Assembly (NCBI GenBank): GCA_964057225.1
Contig: OZ059900.1
Location: 4,960,001 to 5,024,000 of the forward strand
Reading direction: 5' to 3'
Source: Auanema rhodensis
Taxonomy: Eukaryota > Animalia > Nematoda
DNA length: 64,000 bases
The notes below the pieces were generated by a model that saw only the letters and a list, made by a program, of their open reading frames with translations, ran no database searches and was not told the origin of the DNA. Of this stretch, positions 24,251-39,400 are shown one piece after another (the stretch's first letter is position 1; each line of letters starts with the position of its first letter). Both the position numbers and the translations under genes were made by a program.

Positions 24251-26559
24251 AACTCTTTAAAAATGTGTAAAAAATGTTTTGAGAGTATCGTGAAAACAAG
24301 TTGGAAAAAAATTTTTTTTTGGACTTGGAAATTTTTTTTGGTCTGTGAGCCATTCGCATGGCTTAATCCTTGAGGAAAGCTACAGCGCTGACAGATTCAA
24401 TCAAGTTTAAAAAAAATTTTTTTTTTCAATTCAGATGTTGAAACTCTTTAAAAATGTGTAATAAATGTTTTGAGAGTATCGTGAAAACAAGTTGGAAAAA
24501 AACTTTTTTTTGGACTTGGAAATTTTTTTTGGACTGTGAGCCATTCGCATGGCTTAATCCTTGAGGAAAGCTACAGCGCTGACAGATTCAATCAAGTTTA
24601 AAAAAAAAATTTTTTTTTCAATTCAGATGTTGAAACTCTTTAAAAATGTGTAATAAATCTTTTGAGAGTATCGTGAAAACAAGTTGGAAAAAAACTTTTT
24701 TTTGGACTTGGAAATTTTTTTTGGACTGTGAGCCATTCGCATGGTTTAATCCTTGAGGAAAGCTACAGCGCTGACAGATTCAATCAAGTTTAAAAAAAAA
24801 ATTTTTTTTCAATTCAGATGTTGAAACTCTTTAAAAATGTGTAATAAATGTTTTGAGAGTATCGTGAAAACAAGTTGGAAAAAAATTTTTTTTTGGACTG
24901 TGAGCCATTCGCATGGTTTAATCCTTGAGGAAAGCTACAGCGCTGACAGATTCAATCAAGTTTAAAAAAAAAATTTTTTTTTCAATTCAGATGTTGAAAC
25001 TCTTTAAAAATGTGTAATAAATGTTTTGAGAGTATCGTGAAAACAAGTTGGAAAAAAACTTTTTTTTGGACTTGGAAATTTTTTTTGGACTGTGAGCCAT
25101 TCGCATGGCTTGATCCTTGAGGAAAGCTACAGCGCTGACAGATTCAATCAAGTTTAAAAAAAAATTTTTTTTCAATTCAGATGTTGAAACTCTTTAAAAA
25201 TGTGTAATAAATGTTTTGAGAGTATCGTGAAAACAAGTTGGAAAAAAAATTTTTTTTGGACTTGGAAATTTTTTTTGGACTGTGAGCCATTCGCATGGCT
25301 TAATCCTTGAGGAAAGCTACAGCTCTGACAGATTCAATCAAGTTTAAAAAAAAATTTTTTTTCAATTCAGATGTTGACACTCTTTGAAAATGTGTAATAA
25401 ATGTTTTGAGAGTATCGTGAAAACAAGTTGGAAAAAAACTTTTTTTTTGGACTGTGAGTCATTCGCATGGCTTAATCCTTGAGGAAAGCTACAGCGCTGA
25501 CAGATTCAATCAAGTTTAAAAAAAAATTTTTTTTCAATTCAGATGTTGACACTCTTTGAAAATGTGTAATAAATGTTTTGAGAGTATCGTGAAAACAAGT
25601 TGGAAAAAAACTTTTTTTTGGACTTGGAAATTTTTTTTGGACTGTGAGCCATTCGCATGGCTTAATCCTTGAGGAAAGCTACAGCGCTGACAGATTCAAT
25701 CAAGTTTAAAAAAAAAAATTTTTTTTTCAATTCAGATGTTGAAACTCTTTAAAAATGTGTAAAAAATGTTTTGAGAGTATCGTGAAAACAAGTTGGAAAA
25801 AAACTTTTTTTTGGACTTGGAAATTTTTTTTGGTCTGTGAGCCATTCGCATGGCTTAATCCTTGAGGAAAGCTACAGCGCTGACAGATTCAATCAAGTTT
25901 AAAAAAAAATTTTTTTTTCAATTCAGATGTTGAAACTCTTTAAAAATGTGTAATAAATGTTTTGAGAGTATCGTGAAAACAAGTTGGAAAAAAACTTTTT
26001 TTTGGACTTGGAAATTTTTTTTGGACTGTGAGCCATTCGCATGGCTTAATCCTCGAGGAAAGCTACAGCGCTGACAGATTCAATCAAGTTTAAAAAAAAA
26101 ATTTTTTTTTCAATTCAGATGTTGAAACTCTTTAAAAATGTGTAATAAATGTTTTGAGAGTATCGTGAAAACAAGTTGGAAAAAAATTTTTTTTTGGACT
26201 GTGAGCCATTCGCATGGTTTAATCCTTGAGGAAAGCTACAGCGCTGACAGATTCAATCAAGTTTAAAAAAAAAATTTTTTTTTCAATTCAGATGTTGAAA
26301 CTCTTTAAAAATGTGTAATAAATGTTTTGAGAGTATCGTGAAAACAAGTTGGAAAAAAACTTTTTTTTGGACTTGGAAATTTTTTTTGGACTGTGAGCCA
26401 TTCGCATGGCTTAATCCTCGAGGAAAGCTACAGCGCTGACAGATTCAATCAAGTTTAAAAAAAAAATTTTTTTTTCAATTCAGATGTTGAAACTCTTTAA
26501 AAATGTGTAAAAAATGTTTTGAGAGTATCGTGAAAACAAGTTGGAAAAAAATTTTTTTT

Positions 26560-29500
26560 TGGACTTGGAAATTTTTTTTGGTCTGTGAGCCATTCGCATG
26601 GCTTAATCCTTGAGGAAAGCTACAGCGCTGACAGATTCAATCAAGTTTAAAAAAAATTTTTTTTTTCAATTCAGATGTTGAAACTCTTTAAAAATGTGTA
26701 ATAAATGTTTTGAGAGTATCGTGAAAACAAGTTGGAAAAAAACTTTTTTTTGGACTTGGAAATTTTTTTTGGACTGTGAGCCATTCGCATGGCTTAATCC
26801 TTGAGGAAAGCTACAGCGCTGACAGATTCAATCAAGTTTAAAAAAAAAATTTTTTTTTCAATTCAGATGTTGAAACTCTTTAAAAATGTGTAATAAATCT
26901 TTTGAGAGTATCGTGAAAACAAGTTGGAAAAAAACTTTTTTTTGGACTTGGAAATTTTTTTTGGACTGTGAGCCATTCGCATGGTTTAATCCTTGAGGAA
27001 AGCTACAGCGCTGACAGATTCAATCAAGTTTAAAAAAAAAATTTTTTTTCAATTCAGATGTTGAAACTCTTTAAAAATGTGTAATAAATGTTTTGAGAGT
27101 ATCGTGAAAACAAGTTGGAAAAAAATTTTTTTTTGGACTGTGAGCCATTCGCATGGTTTAATCCTTGAGGAAAGCTACAGCGCTGACAGATTCAATCAAG
27201 TTTAAAAAAAAAATTTTTTTTTCAATTCAGATGTTGAAACTCTTTAAAAATGTGTAATAAATGTTTTGAGAGTATCGTGAAAACAAGTTGGAAAAAAACT
27301 TTTTTTTGGACTTGGAAATTTTTTTTGGACTGTGAGCCATTCGCATGGCTTAATCCTTGAGGAAAGCTACAGCGCTGACAGATTCAATCAAGTTTAAAAA
27401 AAAATTTTTTTTCAATTCAGATGTTGACACTCTTTGAAAATGTGTAATAAATGTTTTGAGAGTATCGTGAAAACAAGTTGGAAAAAAACTTTTTTTTGGA
27501 CTTGGAAATTTTTTTTGGACTGTGAGCCATTCGCATGGCTTAATCCTTGAGGAAAGCTACAGCGCTGACAGATTCAATCAAGTTTAAAAAAAAAAATTTT
27601 TTTTTCAATTCAGATGTTGAAACTCTTTAAAAATGTGTAAAAAATGTTTTGAGAGTATCGTGAAAACAAGTTGGAAAAAAATTTTTTTTTGGACTTGGAA
27701 ATTTTTTTTGGACTGTGAGCCATTCGCATGGCTTAATCCTTGAGGAAAGCTACAGCGCTGACAGATTCAATCAAGTTTAAAAAAAAAATTTTTTTTTCAA
27801 TTCAGATGTTGAAACTCTTTAAAAATGTGTAATAAATGTTTTGAGAGTATCGTGAAAACAAGTTGGAAAAAAATTTTTTTTTGGACTTGGAAATTTTTTT
27901 TGGACTGTGAGCCATTCGCATGGCTTAATCCTTGAGGAAAGCTACAGCGCTGACAGATTCAATCAAGTTTAAAAAAAAAATTTTTTTTTCAATTCAGATG
28001 TTGAAACTCTTTAAAAATGTGTAATAAATCTTTTGAGAGTATCGTGAAAACAAGTTGGAAAAAAACTTTTTTTTGGACTTGGAAATTTTTTTTGGACTGT
28101 GAGCCATTCGCATGGTTTAATCCTTGAGGAAAGCTACAGCGCTGACAGATTCAATCAAGTTTAAAAAAAAAATTTTTTTTCAATTCAGATGTTGAAACTC
28201 TTTAAAAATGTGTAATAAATGTTTTGAGAGTATCCTGAAAACAAGTTGGAAAAAAATTTTTTTTTGGACTGTGAGCCATTCGCATGGTTTAATCCTTGAG
28301 GAAAGCTACAGCGCTGACAGATTCAATCAAGTTTAAAAAAAAAATTTTTTTTTCAATTCAGATGTTGAAACTCTTTAAAAATGTGTAATAAATGTTTTGA
28401 GAGTATCGTGAAAACAAGTTGGAAAAAAACTTTTTTTTAGACTTGGAAATTTTTTTTGGACTGTGAGCCATTCGCATGGCTTAATCCTTGAGGAAAGCTA
28501 CAGCGCTGACAGATTCAATCAAGTTTAAAAAAAAATTTTTTTTCAATTCAGATGTTGAAACTCTTTAAAAATGTGTAATAAATGTTTTGAGAGTATCGTG
28601 AAAACAAGTTGGAAAAAAAATTTTTTTTTGGACTTGGAAATTTTTTTTGGTCTGTGAGCCATTCGCATGGCTTAATCCTTGAGGAAAGCTACAGCGCTGA
28701 CAGATTCAATCAAGTTTAAAAAAAATTTTTTTTTTCAATTCAGATGTTGAAACTCTTTAAAAATGTGTAATAAATGTTTTGAGAGTATCGTGAAAACAAG
28801 TTGGAAAAAAACTTTTTTTTGGACTTGGAAATTTTTTTTGGACTGTGAGCCATTCGCATGGCTTAATCCTTGAGGAAAGCTACAGCGCTGACAGATTCAA
28901 TCAAGTTTAAAAAAAAAATTTTTTTTTCAATTCAGATGTTGAAACTCTTTAAAAATGTGTAATAAATCTTTTGAGAGTATCGTGAAAACAAGTTGGAAAA
29001 AAACTTTTTTTTGGACTTGGAAATTTTTTTTGGACTGTGAGCCATTCGCATGGTTTAATCCTTGAGGAAAGCTACAGCGCTGACAGATTCAATCAAGTTT
29101 AAAAAAAAAATTTTTTTTCAATTCAGATGTTGAAACTCTTTAAAAATGTGTAATAAATGTTTTGAGAGTATCGTGAAAACAAGTTGGAAAAAAATTTTTT
29201 TTTGGACTGTGAGCCATTCGCATGGTTTAATCCTTGAGGAAAGCTACAGCGCTGACAGATTCAATCAAGTTTAAAAAAAAAATTTTTTTTTCAATTCAGA
29301 TGTTGAAACTCTTTAAAAATGTGTAATAAATGTTTTGAGAGTATCGTGAAAACAAGTTGGAAAAAAACTTTTTTTTGGACTTGGAAATTTTTTTTGGACT
29401 GTGAGCCATTCGCATGGCTTAATCCTTGAGGAAAGCTACAGCGCTGACAGATTCAATCAAGTTTAAAAAAAAATTTTTTTTCAATTCAGATGTTGACACT

Positions 29501-30490
29501 CTTTGAAAATGTGTAATAAATGTTTTGAGAGTATCGTGAAAACAAGTTGGAAAAAAACTTTTTTTTGGACTTGGAAATTTTTTTTGGACTGTGAGCCATT
29601 CGCATGGCTTAATCCTTGAGGAAAGCTACAGCGCTGACAGATTCAATCAAGTTTAAAAAAAAAAATTTTTTTTTCAATTCAGATGTTGAAACTCTTTAAA
29701 AATGTGTAAAAAATGTTTTGAGAGTATCGTGAAAACAAGTTGGAAAAAAATTTTTTTTTGGACTTGGAAATTTTTTTTGGACTGTGAGCCATTCGCATGG
29801 CTTAATCCTTGAGGAAAGCTACAGCGCTGACAGATTCAATCAAGTTTAAAAAAAAAATTTTTTTTTCAATTCAGATGTTGAAACTCTTTAAAAATGTGTA
29901 ATAAATGTTTTGAGAGTATCGTGAAAACAAGTTGGAAAAAAATTTTTTTTTGGACTTGGAAATTTTTTTTGGACTGTGAGCCATTCGCATGGCTTAATCC
30001 TTGAGGAAAGCTACAGCGCTGACAGATTCAATCAAGTTTAAAAAAAAAATTTTTTTTTCAATTCAGATGTTGAAACTCTTTAAAAATGTGTAATAAATCT
30101 TTTGAGAGTATCGTGAAAACAAGTTGGAAAAAAACTTTTTTTTGGACTTGGAAATTTTTTTTGGACTGTGAGCCATTCGCATGGTTTAATCCTTGAGGAA
30201 AGCTACAGCGCTGACAGATTCAATCAAGTTTAAAAAAAAAATTTTTTTTCAATTCAGATGTTGAAACTCTTTAAAAATGTGTAATAAATGTTTTGAGAGT
30301 ATCCTGAAAACAAGTTGGAAAAAAATTTTTTTTTGGACTGTGAGCCATTCGCATGGTTTAATCCTTGAGGAAAGCTACAGCGCTGACAGATTCAATCAAG
30401 TTTAAAAAAAAAATTTTTTTTTCAATTCAGATGTTGAAACTCTTTAAAAATGTGTAATAAATGTTTTGAGAGTATCGTGAAAACAAGTTG
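26560..30490. repeat. Local 11-mer HOR, 2069-bp period, ~2 copies
   Basis: GTCTGTGAGC at 26581 and 28650, and TATCCTG at 28231 and 30300, both +2069. ATGGTTTAAT variants recur in the same phase. Confidence 0.85.
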
Positions 30491-33400
30491 GAAAAAAATT
30501 TTTTTTTGGACTGTGAGCCATTCGCATGGTTTAATCCTTGAGGAAAGCTACAGCGCTGACAGATTCAATCAAGTTTAAAAAAAAAATTTTTTTTTCAATT
30601 CAGATGTTGAAACTCTTTAAAAATGTGTAATAAATGTTTTGAGAGTATCGTGAAAACAAGTTGGAAAAAAACTTTTTTTTGGACTTGGAAATTTTTTTTG
30701 GACTGTGAGCCATTCGCATGGCTTAATCCTTGAGGAAAGCTACAGCGCTGACAGATTCAATCAAGTTTAAAAAAAAATTTTTTTTCAATTCAGATGTTGA
30801 CACTCTTTGAAAATGTGTAATAAATGTTTTGAGAGTATCGTGAAAACAAGTTGGAAAAAAACTTTTTTTTGGACTTGGAAATTTTTTTTGGACTGTGAGC
30901 CATTCGCATGGCTTAATCCTTGAGGAAAGCTACAGCGCTGACAGATTCAATCAAGTTTAAAAAAAAAAATTTTTTTTTCAATTCAGATGTTGAAACTCTT
31001 TAAAAATGTGTAAAAAATGTTTTGAGAGTATCGTGAAAACAAGTTGGAAAAAAATTTTTTTTTGGACTTGGAAATTTTTTTTGGACTGTGAGCCATTCGC
31101 ATGGCTTAATCCTTGAGGAAAGCTACAGCGCTGACAGATTCAATCAAGTTTAAAAAAAAAATTTTTTTTTCAATTCAGATGTTGAAACTCTTTAAAAATG
31201 TGTAATAAATGTTTTGAGAGTATCGTGAAAACAAGTTGGAAAAAAATTTTTTTTTGGACTTGGAAATTTTTTTTGGACTGTGAGCCATTCGCATGGCTTA
31301 ATCCTTGAGGAAAGCTACAGCGCTGACAGATTCAATCAAGTTTAAAAAAAAAATTTTTTTTTCAATTCAGATGTTGAAACTCTTTAAAAATGTGTAATAA
31401 ATCTTTTGAGAGTATCGTGAAAACAAGTTGGAAAAAAACTTTTTTTTGGACTTGGAAATTTTTTTTGGACTGTGAGCCATTCGCATGGTTTAATCCTTGA
31501 GGAAAGCTACAGCGCTGACAGATTCAATCAAGTTTAAAAAAAAAATTTTTTTTCAATTCAGATGTTGAAACTCTTTAAAAATGTGTAATAAATGTTTTGA
31601 GAGTATCCTGAAAACAAGTTGGAAAAAAATTTTTTTTTGGACTGTGAGCCATTCGCATGGTTTAATCCTTGAGGAAAGCTACAGCGCTGACAGATTCAAT
31701 CAAGTTTAAAAAAAAAATTTTTTTTTCAATTCAGATGTTGAAACTCTTTAAAAATGTGTAATAAATGTTTTGAGAGTATCGTGAAAACAAGTTGGAAAAA
31801 AACTTTTTTTTAGACTTGGAAATTTTTTTTGGACTGTGAGCCATTCGCATGGCTTAATCCTTGAGGAAAGCTACAGCGCTGACAGATTCAATCAAGTTTA
31901 AAAAAAATTTTTTTTTCAATTCAGATGTTGAAACTCTTTAAAAATGTGTAATAAATGTTTTGAGAGTATCGTGAAAACAAGTTGGAAAAAAACTTTTTTT
32001 TAGACTTGGAAATTTTTTTTGGACTGTGAGCCATTCGCATGGCTTAATCCTTGAGGAAAGCTACAGCGCTGACAGATTCAATCAAGTTTAAAAAAAAATT
32101 TTTTTTCAATTCAGATGTTGAAACTCTTTAAAAATGTGTAATAAATGTTTTGAGAGTATCGTGAAAACAAGTTGGAAAAAAATTTTTTTTTGGACTTGGA
32201 AATTTTTTTTGGACTGTGAGCCATTCGCATGGCTTAATCCTTGAGGAAAGCTACAGCGCTGACAGATTCAATCAAGTTTAAAAAAAAAATTTTTTTTTCA
32301 ATTCAGATGTTGAAACTCTTTAAAAATGTGTAATAAATGTTTTGAGAGTATCGTGAAAACAAGTTGGAAAAAAATTTTTTTTTGGACTTGGAAATTTTTT
32401 TTGGACTGTGAGCCATTCGCATGGCTTAATCCTTGAGGAAAGCTACAGCGCTGACAGATTCAATCAAGTTTAAAAAAAAAATTTTTTTTTCAATTCAGAT
32501 GTTGAAACTCTTTAAAAATGTGTAATAAATCTTTTGAGAGTATCGTGAAAACAAGTTGGAAAAAAACTTTTTTTTGGACTTGGAAATTTTTTTTGGACTG
32601 TGAGCCATTCGCATGGTTTAATCCTTGAGGAAAGCTACAGCGCTGACAGATTCAATCAAGTTTAAAAAAAAAATTTTTTTTCAATTCAGATGTTGAAACT
32701 CTTTAAAAATGTGTAATAAATGTTTTGAGAGTATCCTGAAAACAAGTTGGAAAAAAATTTTTTTTTGGACTGTGAGCCATTCGCATGGTTTAATCCTTGA
32801 GGAAAGCTACAGCGCTGACAGATTCAATCAAGTTTAAAAAAAAAATTTTTTTTTCAATTCAGATGTTGAAACTCTTTAAAAATGTGTAATAAATGTTTTG
32901 AGAGTATCGTGAAAACAAGTTGGAAAAAAACTTTTTTTTAGACTTGGAAATTTTTTTTGGACTGTGAGCCATTCGCATGGCTTAATCCTTGAGGAAAGCT
33001 ACAGCGCTGACAGATTCAATCAAGTTTAAAAAAAAATTTTTTTTCAATTCAGATGTTGAAACTCTTTAAAAATGTGTAATAAATGTTTTGAGAGTATCGT
33101 GAAAACAAGTTGGAAAAAAAATTTTTTTTGGACTTGGAAATTTTTTTTGGACTGTGAGCCATTCGCATGGCTTAATCCTTGAGGAAAGCTACAGCTCTGA
33201 CAGATTCAATCAAGTTTAAAAAAAAATTTTTTTTCAATTCAGATGTTGACACTCTTTGAAAATGTGTAATAAATGTTTTGAGAGTATCGTGAAAACAAGT
33301 TGGAAAAAAACTTTTTTTTTGGACTGTGAGTCATTCGCATGGCTTAATCCTTGAGGAAAGCTACAGCGCTGACAGATTCAATCAAGTTTAAAAAAAAATT

Positions 33401-36400
33401 TTTTTTCAATTCAGATGTTGACACTCTTTGAAAATGTGTAATAAATGTTTTGAGAGTATCGTGAAAACAAGTTGGAAAAAAACTTTTTTTTGGACTTGGA
33501 AATTTTTTTTGGACTGTGAGCCATTCGCATGGCTTAATCCTTGAGGAAAGCTACAGCGCTGACAGATTCAATCAAGTTTAAAAAAAAAAATTTTTTTTTC
33601 AATTCAGATGTTGAAACTCTTTAAAAATGTGTAAAAAATGTTTTGAGAGTATCGTGAAAACAAGTTGGAAAAAAATTTTTTTTTGGACTTGGAAATTTTT
33701 TTTGGTCTGTGAGCCATTCGCATGGCTTAATCCTTGAGGAAAGCTACAGCGCTGACAGATTCAATCAAGTTTAAAAAAAAATTTTTTTTTCAATTCAGAT
33801 GTTGAAACTCTTTAAAAATGTGTAATAAATGTTTTGAGAGTATCGTGAAAACAAGTTGGAAAAAAACTTTTTTTTGGACTTGGAAATTTTTTTTGGACTG
33901 TGAGCCATTCGCATGGCTTAATCCTCGAGGAAAGCTACAGCGCTGACAGATTCAATCAAGTTTAAAAAAAAAATTTTTTTTTCAATTCAGATGTTGAAAC
34001 TCTTTAAAAATGTGTAATAAATCTTTTGAGAGTATCGTGAAAACAAGTTGGAAAAAAACTTTTTTTTGGACTTGGAAATTTTTTTTGGACTGTGAGCCAT
34101 TCGCATGGCTTAATCCTTGAGGAAAGCTACAGCGCTGACAGATTCAATCAAGTTTAAAAAAAAAATTTTTTTTTCAATTCAGATGTTGAAACTCTTTAAA
34201 AATGTGTAATAAATCTTTTGAGAGTATCGTGAAAACAAGTTGGAAAAAAACTTTTTTTTGGACTTGGAAATTTTTTTTGGACTGTGAGCCATTCGCATGG
34301 TTTAATCCTTGAGGAAAGCTACAGCGCTGACAGATTCAATCAAGTTTAAAAAAAAAATTTTTTTTCAATTCAGATGTTGAAACTCTTTAAAAATGTGTAA
34401 TAAATGTTTTGAGAGTATCGTGAAAACAAGTTGGAAAAAAATTTTTTTTTGGACTGTGAGCCATTCGCATGGTTTAATCCTTGAGGAAAGCTACAGCGCT
34501 GACAGATTCAATCAAGTTTAAAAAAAAAATTTTTTTTTCAATTCAGATGTTGAAACTCTTTAAAAATGTGTAATAAATGTTTTGAGAGTATCGTGAAAAC
34601 AAGTTGGAAAAAAACTTTTTTTTGGACTTGGAAATTTTTTTTGGACTGTGAGCCATTCGCATGGCTTAATCCTTGAGGAAAGCTACAGCGCTGACAGATT
34701 CAATCAAGTTTAAAAAAAAAATTTTTTTTTTCAATTCAGATGTTGAAACTCTTTAAAAATGTGTAAAAAATGTTTTGAGAGTATCGTGAAAACAAGTTGG
34801 AAAAAAATTTTTTTTTGGACTTGGAAATTTTTTTTGGTCTGTGAGCCATTCGCATGGCTTAATCCTTGAGGAAAGCTACAGCGCTGACAGATTCAATCAA
34901 GTTTAAAAAAAAATTTTTTTTTCAATTCAGATGTTGAAACTCTTTAAAAATGTGTAATAAATGTTTTGAGAGTATCGTGAAAACAAGTTGGAAAAAAACT
35001 TTTTTTTGGACTTGGAAATTTTTTTTGGACTGTGAGCCATTCGCATGGCTTAATCCTTGAGGAAAGCTACAGCGCTGACAGATTCAATCAAGTTTAAAAA
35101 AAAAAATTTTTTTTCAATTCAGATGTTGAAACTCTTTAAAAATGTGTAATAAATCTTTTGAGAGTATCGTGAAAACAAGTTGGAAAAAAACTTTTTTTTG
35201 GACTTGGAAATTTTTTTTGGACTGTGAGCCATTCGCATGGTTTAATCCTTGAGGAAAGCTACAGCGCTGACAGATTCAATCAAGTTTAAAAAAAAAATTT
35301 TTTTTCAATTCAGATGTTGAAACTCTTTAAAAATGTGTAATAAATGTTTTGAGAGTATCGTGAAAACAAGTTGGAAAAAAATTTTTTTTTGGACTGTGAG
35401 CCATTCGCATGGCTTAATCCTTGAGGAAAGCTACAGCGCTGACAGATTCTATCAAGTTTAAAAAAAAATTTTTTTTCAATTCAGATGTTGAAACTCTTCA
35501 AAAATGTGTAATAAATGTTTTGAGAGTATCGTGAAAACAAGTTGGAAAAAAAATTTTTTTTGGACTTGGAAATTTTTTTTGGACTGTGAGCCATTCGCAT
35601 GGCTTAATCCTTGAGGAAAGCTACAGCGCTGACAGATTCAATCAAGTTTAAAAAAAATTTTTTTTTCAATTCAAATGTTGACACTCTTTGAAAATGTGTA
35701 ATAAATGTTTTGAGAGTATCGTGAAAACAAGTTGGAAAAAAACTTTTTTTTGGACTTGGAAATTTTTTTTGGACTGTGAGCCATTCGCATGGCTTAATCC
35801 TTGAGGAAAGCTACAGCGCTGACAGATTCAATCAAGTTTAAAAAAAAAAAATTTTTTTTTCAATTCAGATGTTGAAACTCTTTAAAAATGTGTAAAAAAT
35901 GTTTTGAGAGTATCGTGAAAACAAGTTGGAAAAAAACTTTTTTTTGGACTTGGAAATTTTTTTTGGACTGTGAGCTATTCGCATGGCTTAATCCTTGAGG
36001 AAAGCTACAGCGCTGACAGATTCAATCAAGTTTAAAAAAAAAATTTTTTTTTCAATTCAGATGTTGAAACTCTTTAAAAATGTGTAAAAAATGTTTTGAG
36101 AGTATCGTGAAAACAAGTTGGAAAAAAATTTTTTTTTGGACTTGAAAATTTTTTTTGGTCTGTGAGCCATTCGCATGGCTTAATCCTTGAGGAAAGCTAC
36201 AGCGCTGACAGATTCAATCAAGTTAAAAAAAAAAATTTTTTTTTCAATTCAGATGTTGAAACTCGTTAAAAATGTGTAATAAATCTTTTGAGAGTATCGT
36301 GAAAACAAGTTGGAAAAAAACTTTTTTTTGGACTTGGAAATTTTTTTTGGACTGTGAGCCATTCGCATGGCTTAATCCTTGAGGAAAGCTACAGCGCTGA

Positions 36401-39400
36401 CAGATTCAATCAAGTTTAAAAAAAAAATTTTTTTTTCAATTCAGATGTTGAAACTCTTTAAAAATGTGTAATAAATCTTTTGAGAGTATCGTGAAAACAA
36501 GTTGGAAAAAAATTTTTTTTTGGACTGTGAGCCATTCGCATGGCTTAATCCTTGAGGAAAGCTACAGCGCTGACAGATTCAATCAAGTTTAAAAAAAAAT
36601 TTTTTTTCAATTCAAATGTTGACACTCTTTGAAAATGTGTAATAAATGTTTTGAGAGTATCGTGAAAACAAGTTGGAAAAAAACTTTTTTTTGGACTTGG
36701 AAATTTTTTTTGGACTGTGAGCCATTTGCATGGCTTAATCCTTGAGGAAAGCTACAGCGCTGACAGATTCAAACAAGTTTAAAAAAAAAAATTTTTTTTT
36801 CAATTCAGATGTTGAAACTCTTTAAAAATGTGTAAAAAATGTTATGAGAGTATCGTGAAAACAAGTTGGAAAAAAACTTTTTTTTGGACTTGGAAATTTT
36901 TTTTGGACTGTGAGCCATTCGCATGGCTTAATCCTTGAGGAAAGCTACAGCGCTGACAGATTCAATCAAGTTTAAAAAAAATTTTTTTTTCAATTCAAAT
37001 GTTGACACTCTTTGAAAATGTGTAATAAATATTTTGAGAGTATCGTGAAAACAAGTTGGAAAAAAACTTTTTTTTGGACTTGGAAATTTTTTTTGGACTG
37101 TGAGCCATTTGCATGGCTTAATCCTTGAGGAAAGCTACAGCGCTGACAGATTCAAACAAGTTTAAAAAAAAAAATTTTTTTTTCAATTCAGATGTTGAAA
37201 CTCTTTAAAAATGTGTAAAAAATGTTTTGAGAGTATCGTGAAAACAAGTTGGAAAAAAACTTTTTTTTGGACTTGGAAATTTTTTTTGGACTGTGAGCCA
37301 TTCGCATGGCTTAATCCTTGAGGAAAGCTACAGCGCTGACAGATTTAATCAAGTTTAAAAAAAAAAATTTTTTTTTTCAATTCAGATGTTGAAACTCTTT
37401 AAAAATGTGTAAAAAATGTTTTGAGAGTATCGTGAAAACAAGTTGGAAAAAATTTTTTTTTGGACTTGGAAATTTTTTTTGGTCTGTGAGCCATTCGCAT
37501 GGCTTAATCCTTGAGGAAAGCTACAGCGCTGACAGATTCAATCAAGTTTAAAAAAAAATTTTTTTTTCAATTCAGATGTTGAAACTCTTTAAAAATGTGT
37601 AATAAATGTTTTGAGAGTATCGTGAAAACAAGTTGGAAAAAAACTTTTTTTTTGGACTTGGAAATTTTTTTTGGACTGTGAGCCATTCGCATGGCTTAAT
37701 CCTTGAGGAAAGCTACAGCGCTGACAGATTCAATCAAGTTTAAAAAAAAAATTTTTTTTTCAATTCAGATGTTGAAACTCATTAAAAATGTGTAAAAAAT
37801 GTTTTGAGAGTATCGTGAAAACAAGTTGGAAAAAAACTTTTTTTTGGACTTGGAAATTTTTTTTGGACTGTGAGCCATTCGCATGGCTTAATCCTTGAGG
37901 AAAGCTACAGCGCTGACAGATTCAATCAAGTTTAAAAAAAAAATTTTTTTTTCAATTCAGATGTTGAAACTCTTTAAAAATGTGTAATAAATGTTTTGAA
38001 AGTATCGTGAAAACAAGTTGGAAAAAAACTTTTTTTTGGACTTGGAAATTTTTTTTGGACTGTGAGCCATCCGCATGGCTTAATCCTTGAGGAAAGCTAC
38101 AGCGCTGACAGATTCAATCAAGTTTAAAAAAAAAAGTTTTTTTTCAATTCAGATGTTGAAACTCTTTAAAAATGTGTAATAAATCTTTTGAGAGTATCGT
38201 GAAAACAAGTTGGAAAAAAACTTTTTTTTGGACTTGGAAATTTTTTTTGGACTGTGAGCCATTCGCATGGCTTAATCCTTGAGGAAAGCTACAGCGCTGA
38301 CAGATTCAATCAAGTTTAAAAAAAAAATTTTTTTTCAATTCAGATGTTGAAACTCTTTAAAAATGTGTAATAAATGTTTTGAGAGTATCGTGAAAACAAG
38401 TTGGAAAAAAATTTTTTTTTGGACTGTGAGCCATTCGCATGGCTTAATCCTTGAGGAAAGCTACAGCGCTGACAGATTCAATCAAGTTTAAAAAAAAAAT
38501 TTTTTTCAATTCAGATGTTGAAACTCTTTAAAAATGTGTAATAAATGTTTTGAGAGTATCGTGAAAACAAGTTGGAAAAAAACTTTTTTTTGGACTTGGA
38601 AATTTTTTTTGGACTGTGAGCCATTCGCATGGCTTAATCCTTGAGGAAAGCTACAGCGCTGACAGATTCAATCAAGTTTAAAAAAAAAATTTTTTTTCAA
38701 TTCAGATGTTGAAACTCTTTAAAAATGTGTAATAAATGTTTTGAGAGTATCGTGAAAACAAGTTGGAAAAAAATTTTTTTTTGGACTGTGAGCCATTCGC
38801 ATGGCTTAATCCTTGAGGAAAGCTACAGCGCTGACAGATTCAATCAAGTTTAAAAAAAAATTTTTTTTCAATTCAGATGTTGAAACTCTTTAAAAATGTG
38901 TAATAAATGTTTTGAGAGTATCGTGAAAACAAGTTGGAAAAAAACTTTTTTTTGGACTTGGAAATTTTTTTTGGACTGTGAGCCATTCGCATGGCTTAAT
39001 CCTTGAGGAAAGCTACAGCGCTGACAGATTCAATCAAGTTTAAAAAAAAAAGTTTTTTTTCAATTCAGATGTTGAAACTCTTTAAAAATGTGTAATAAAT
39101 CTTTTGAGAGTATCGTGAAAACAAGTTGGAAAAAAACTTTTTTTTGGACTTGGAAATTTTTTTTGGACTGTGAGCCATTCGCATGGCTTAATCCTTGAGG
39201 AAAGCTACAGCGCTGACAGATTCAATCAAGTTTAAAAAAAAAATTTTTTTTCAATTCAGATGTTGAAACTCTTTAAAAATGTGTAATAAATGTTTTGAGA
39301 GTATCGTGAAAACAAGTTGGAAAAAAATTTTTTTTTGGACTGTGAGCCATTCGCATGGCTTAATCCTTGAGGAAAGCTACAGCGCTGACAGATTCAATCA

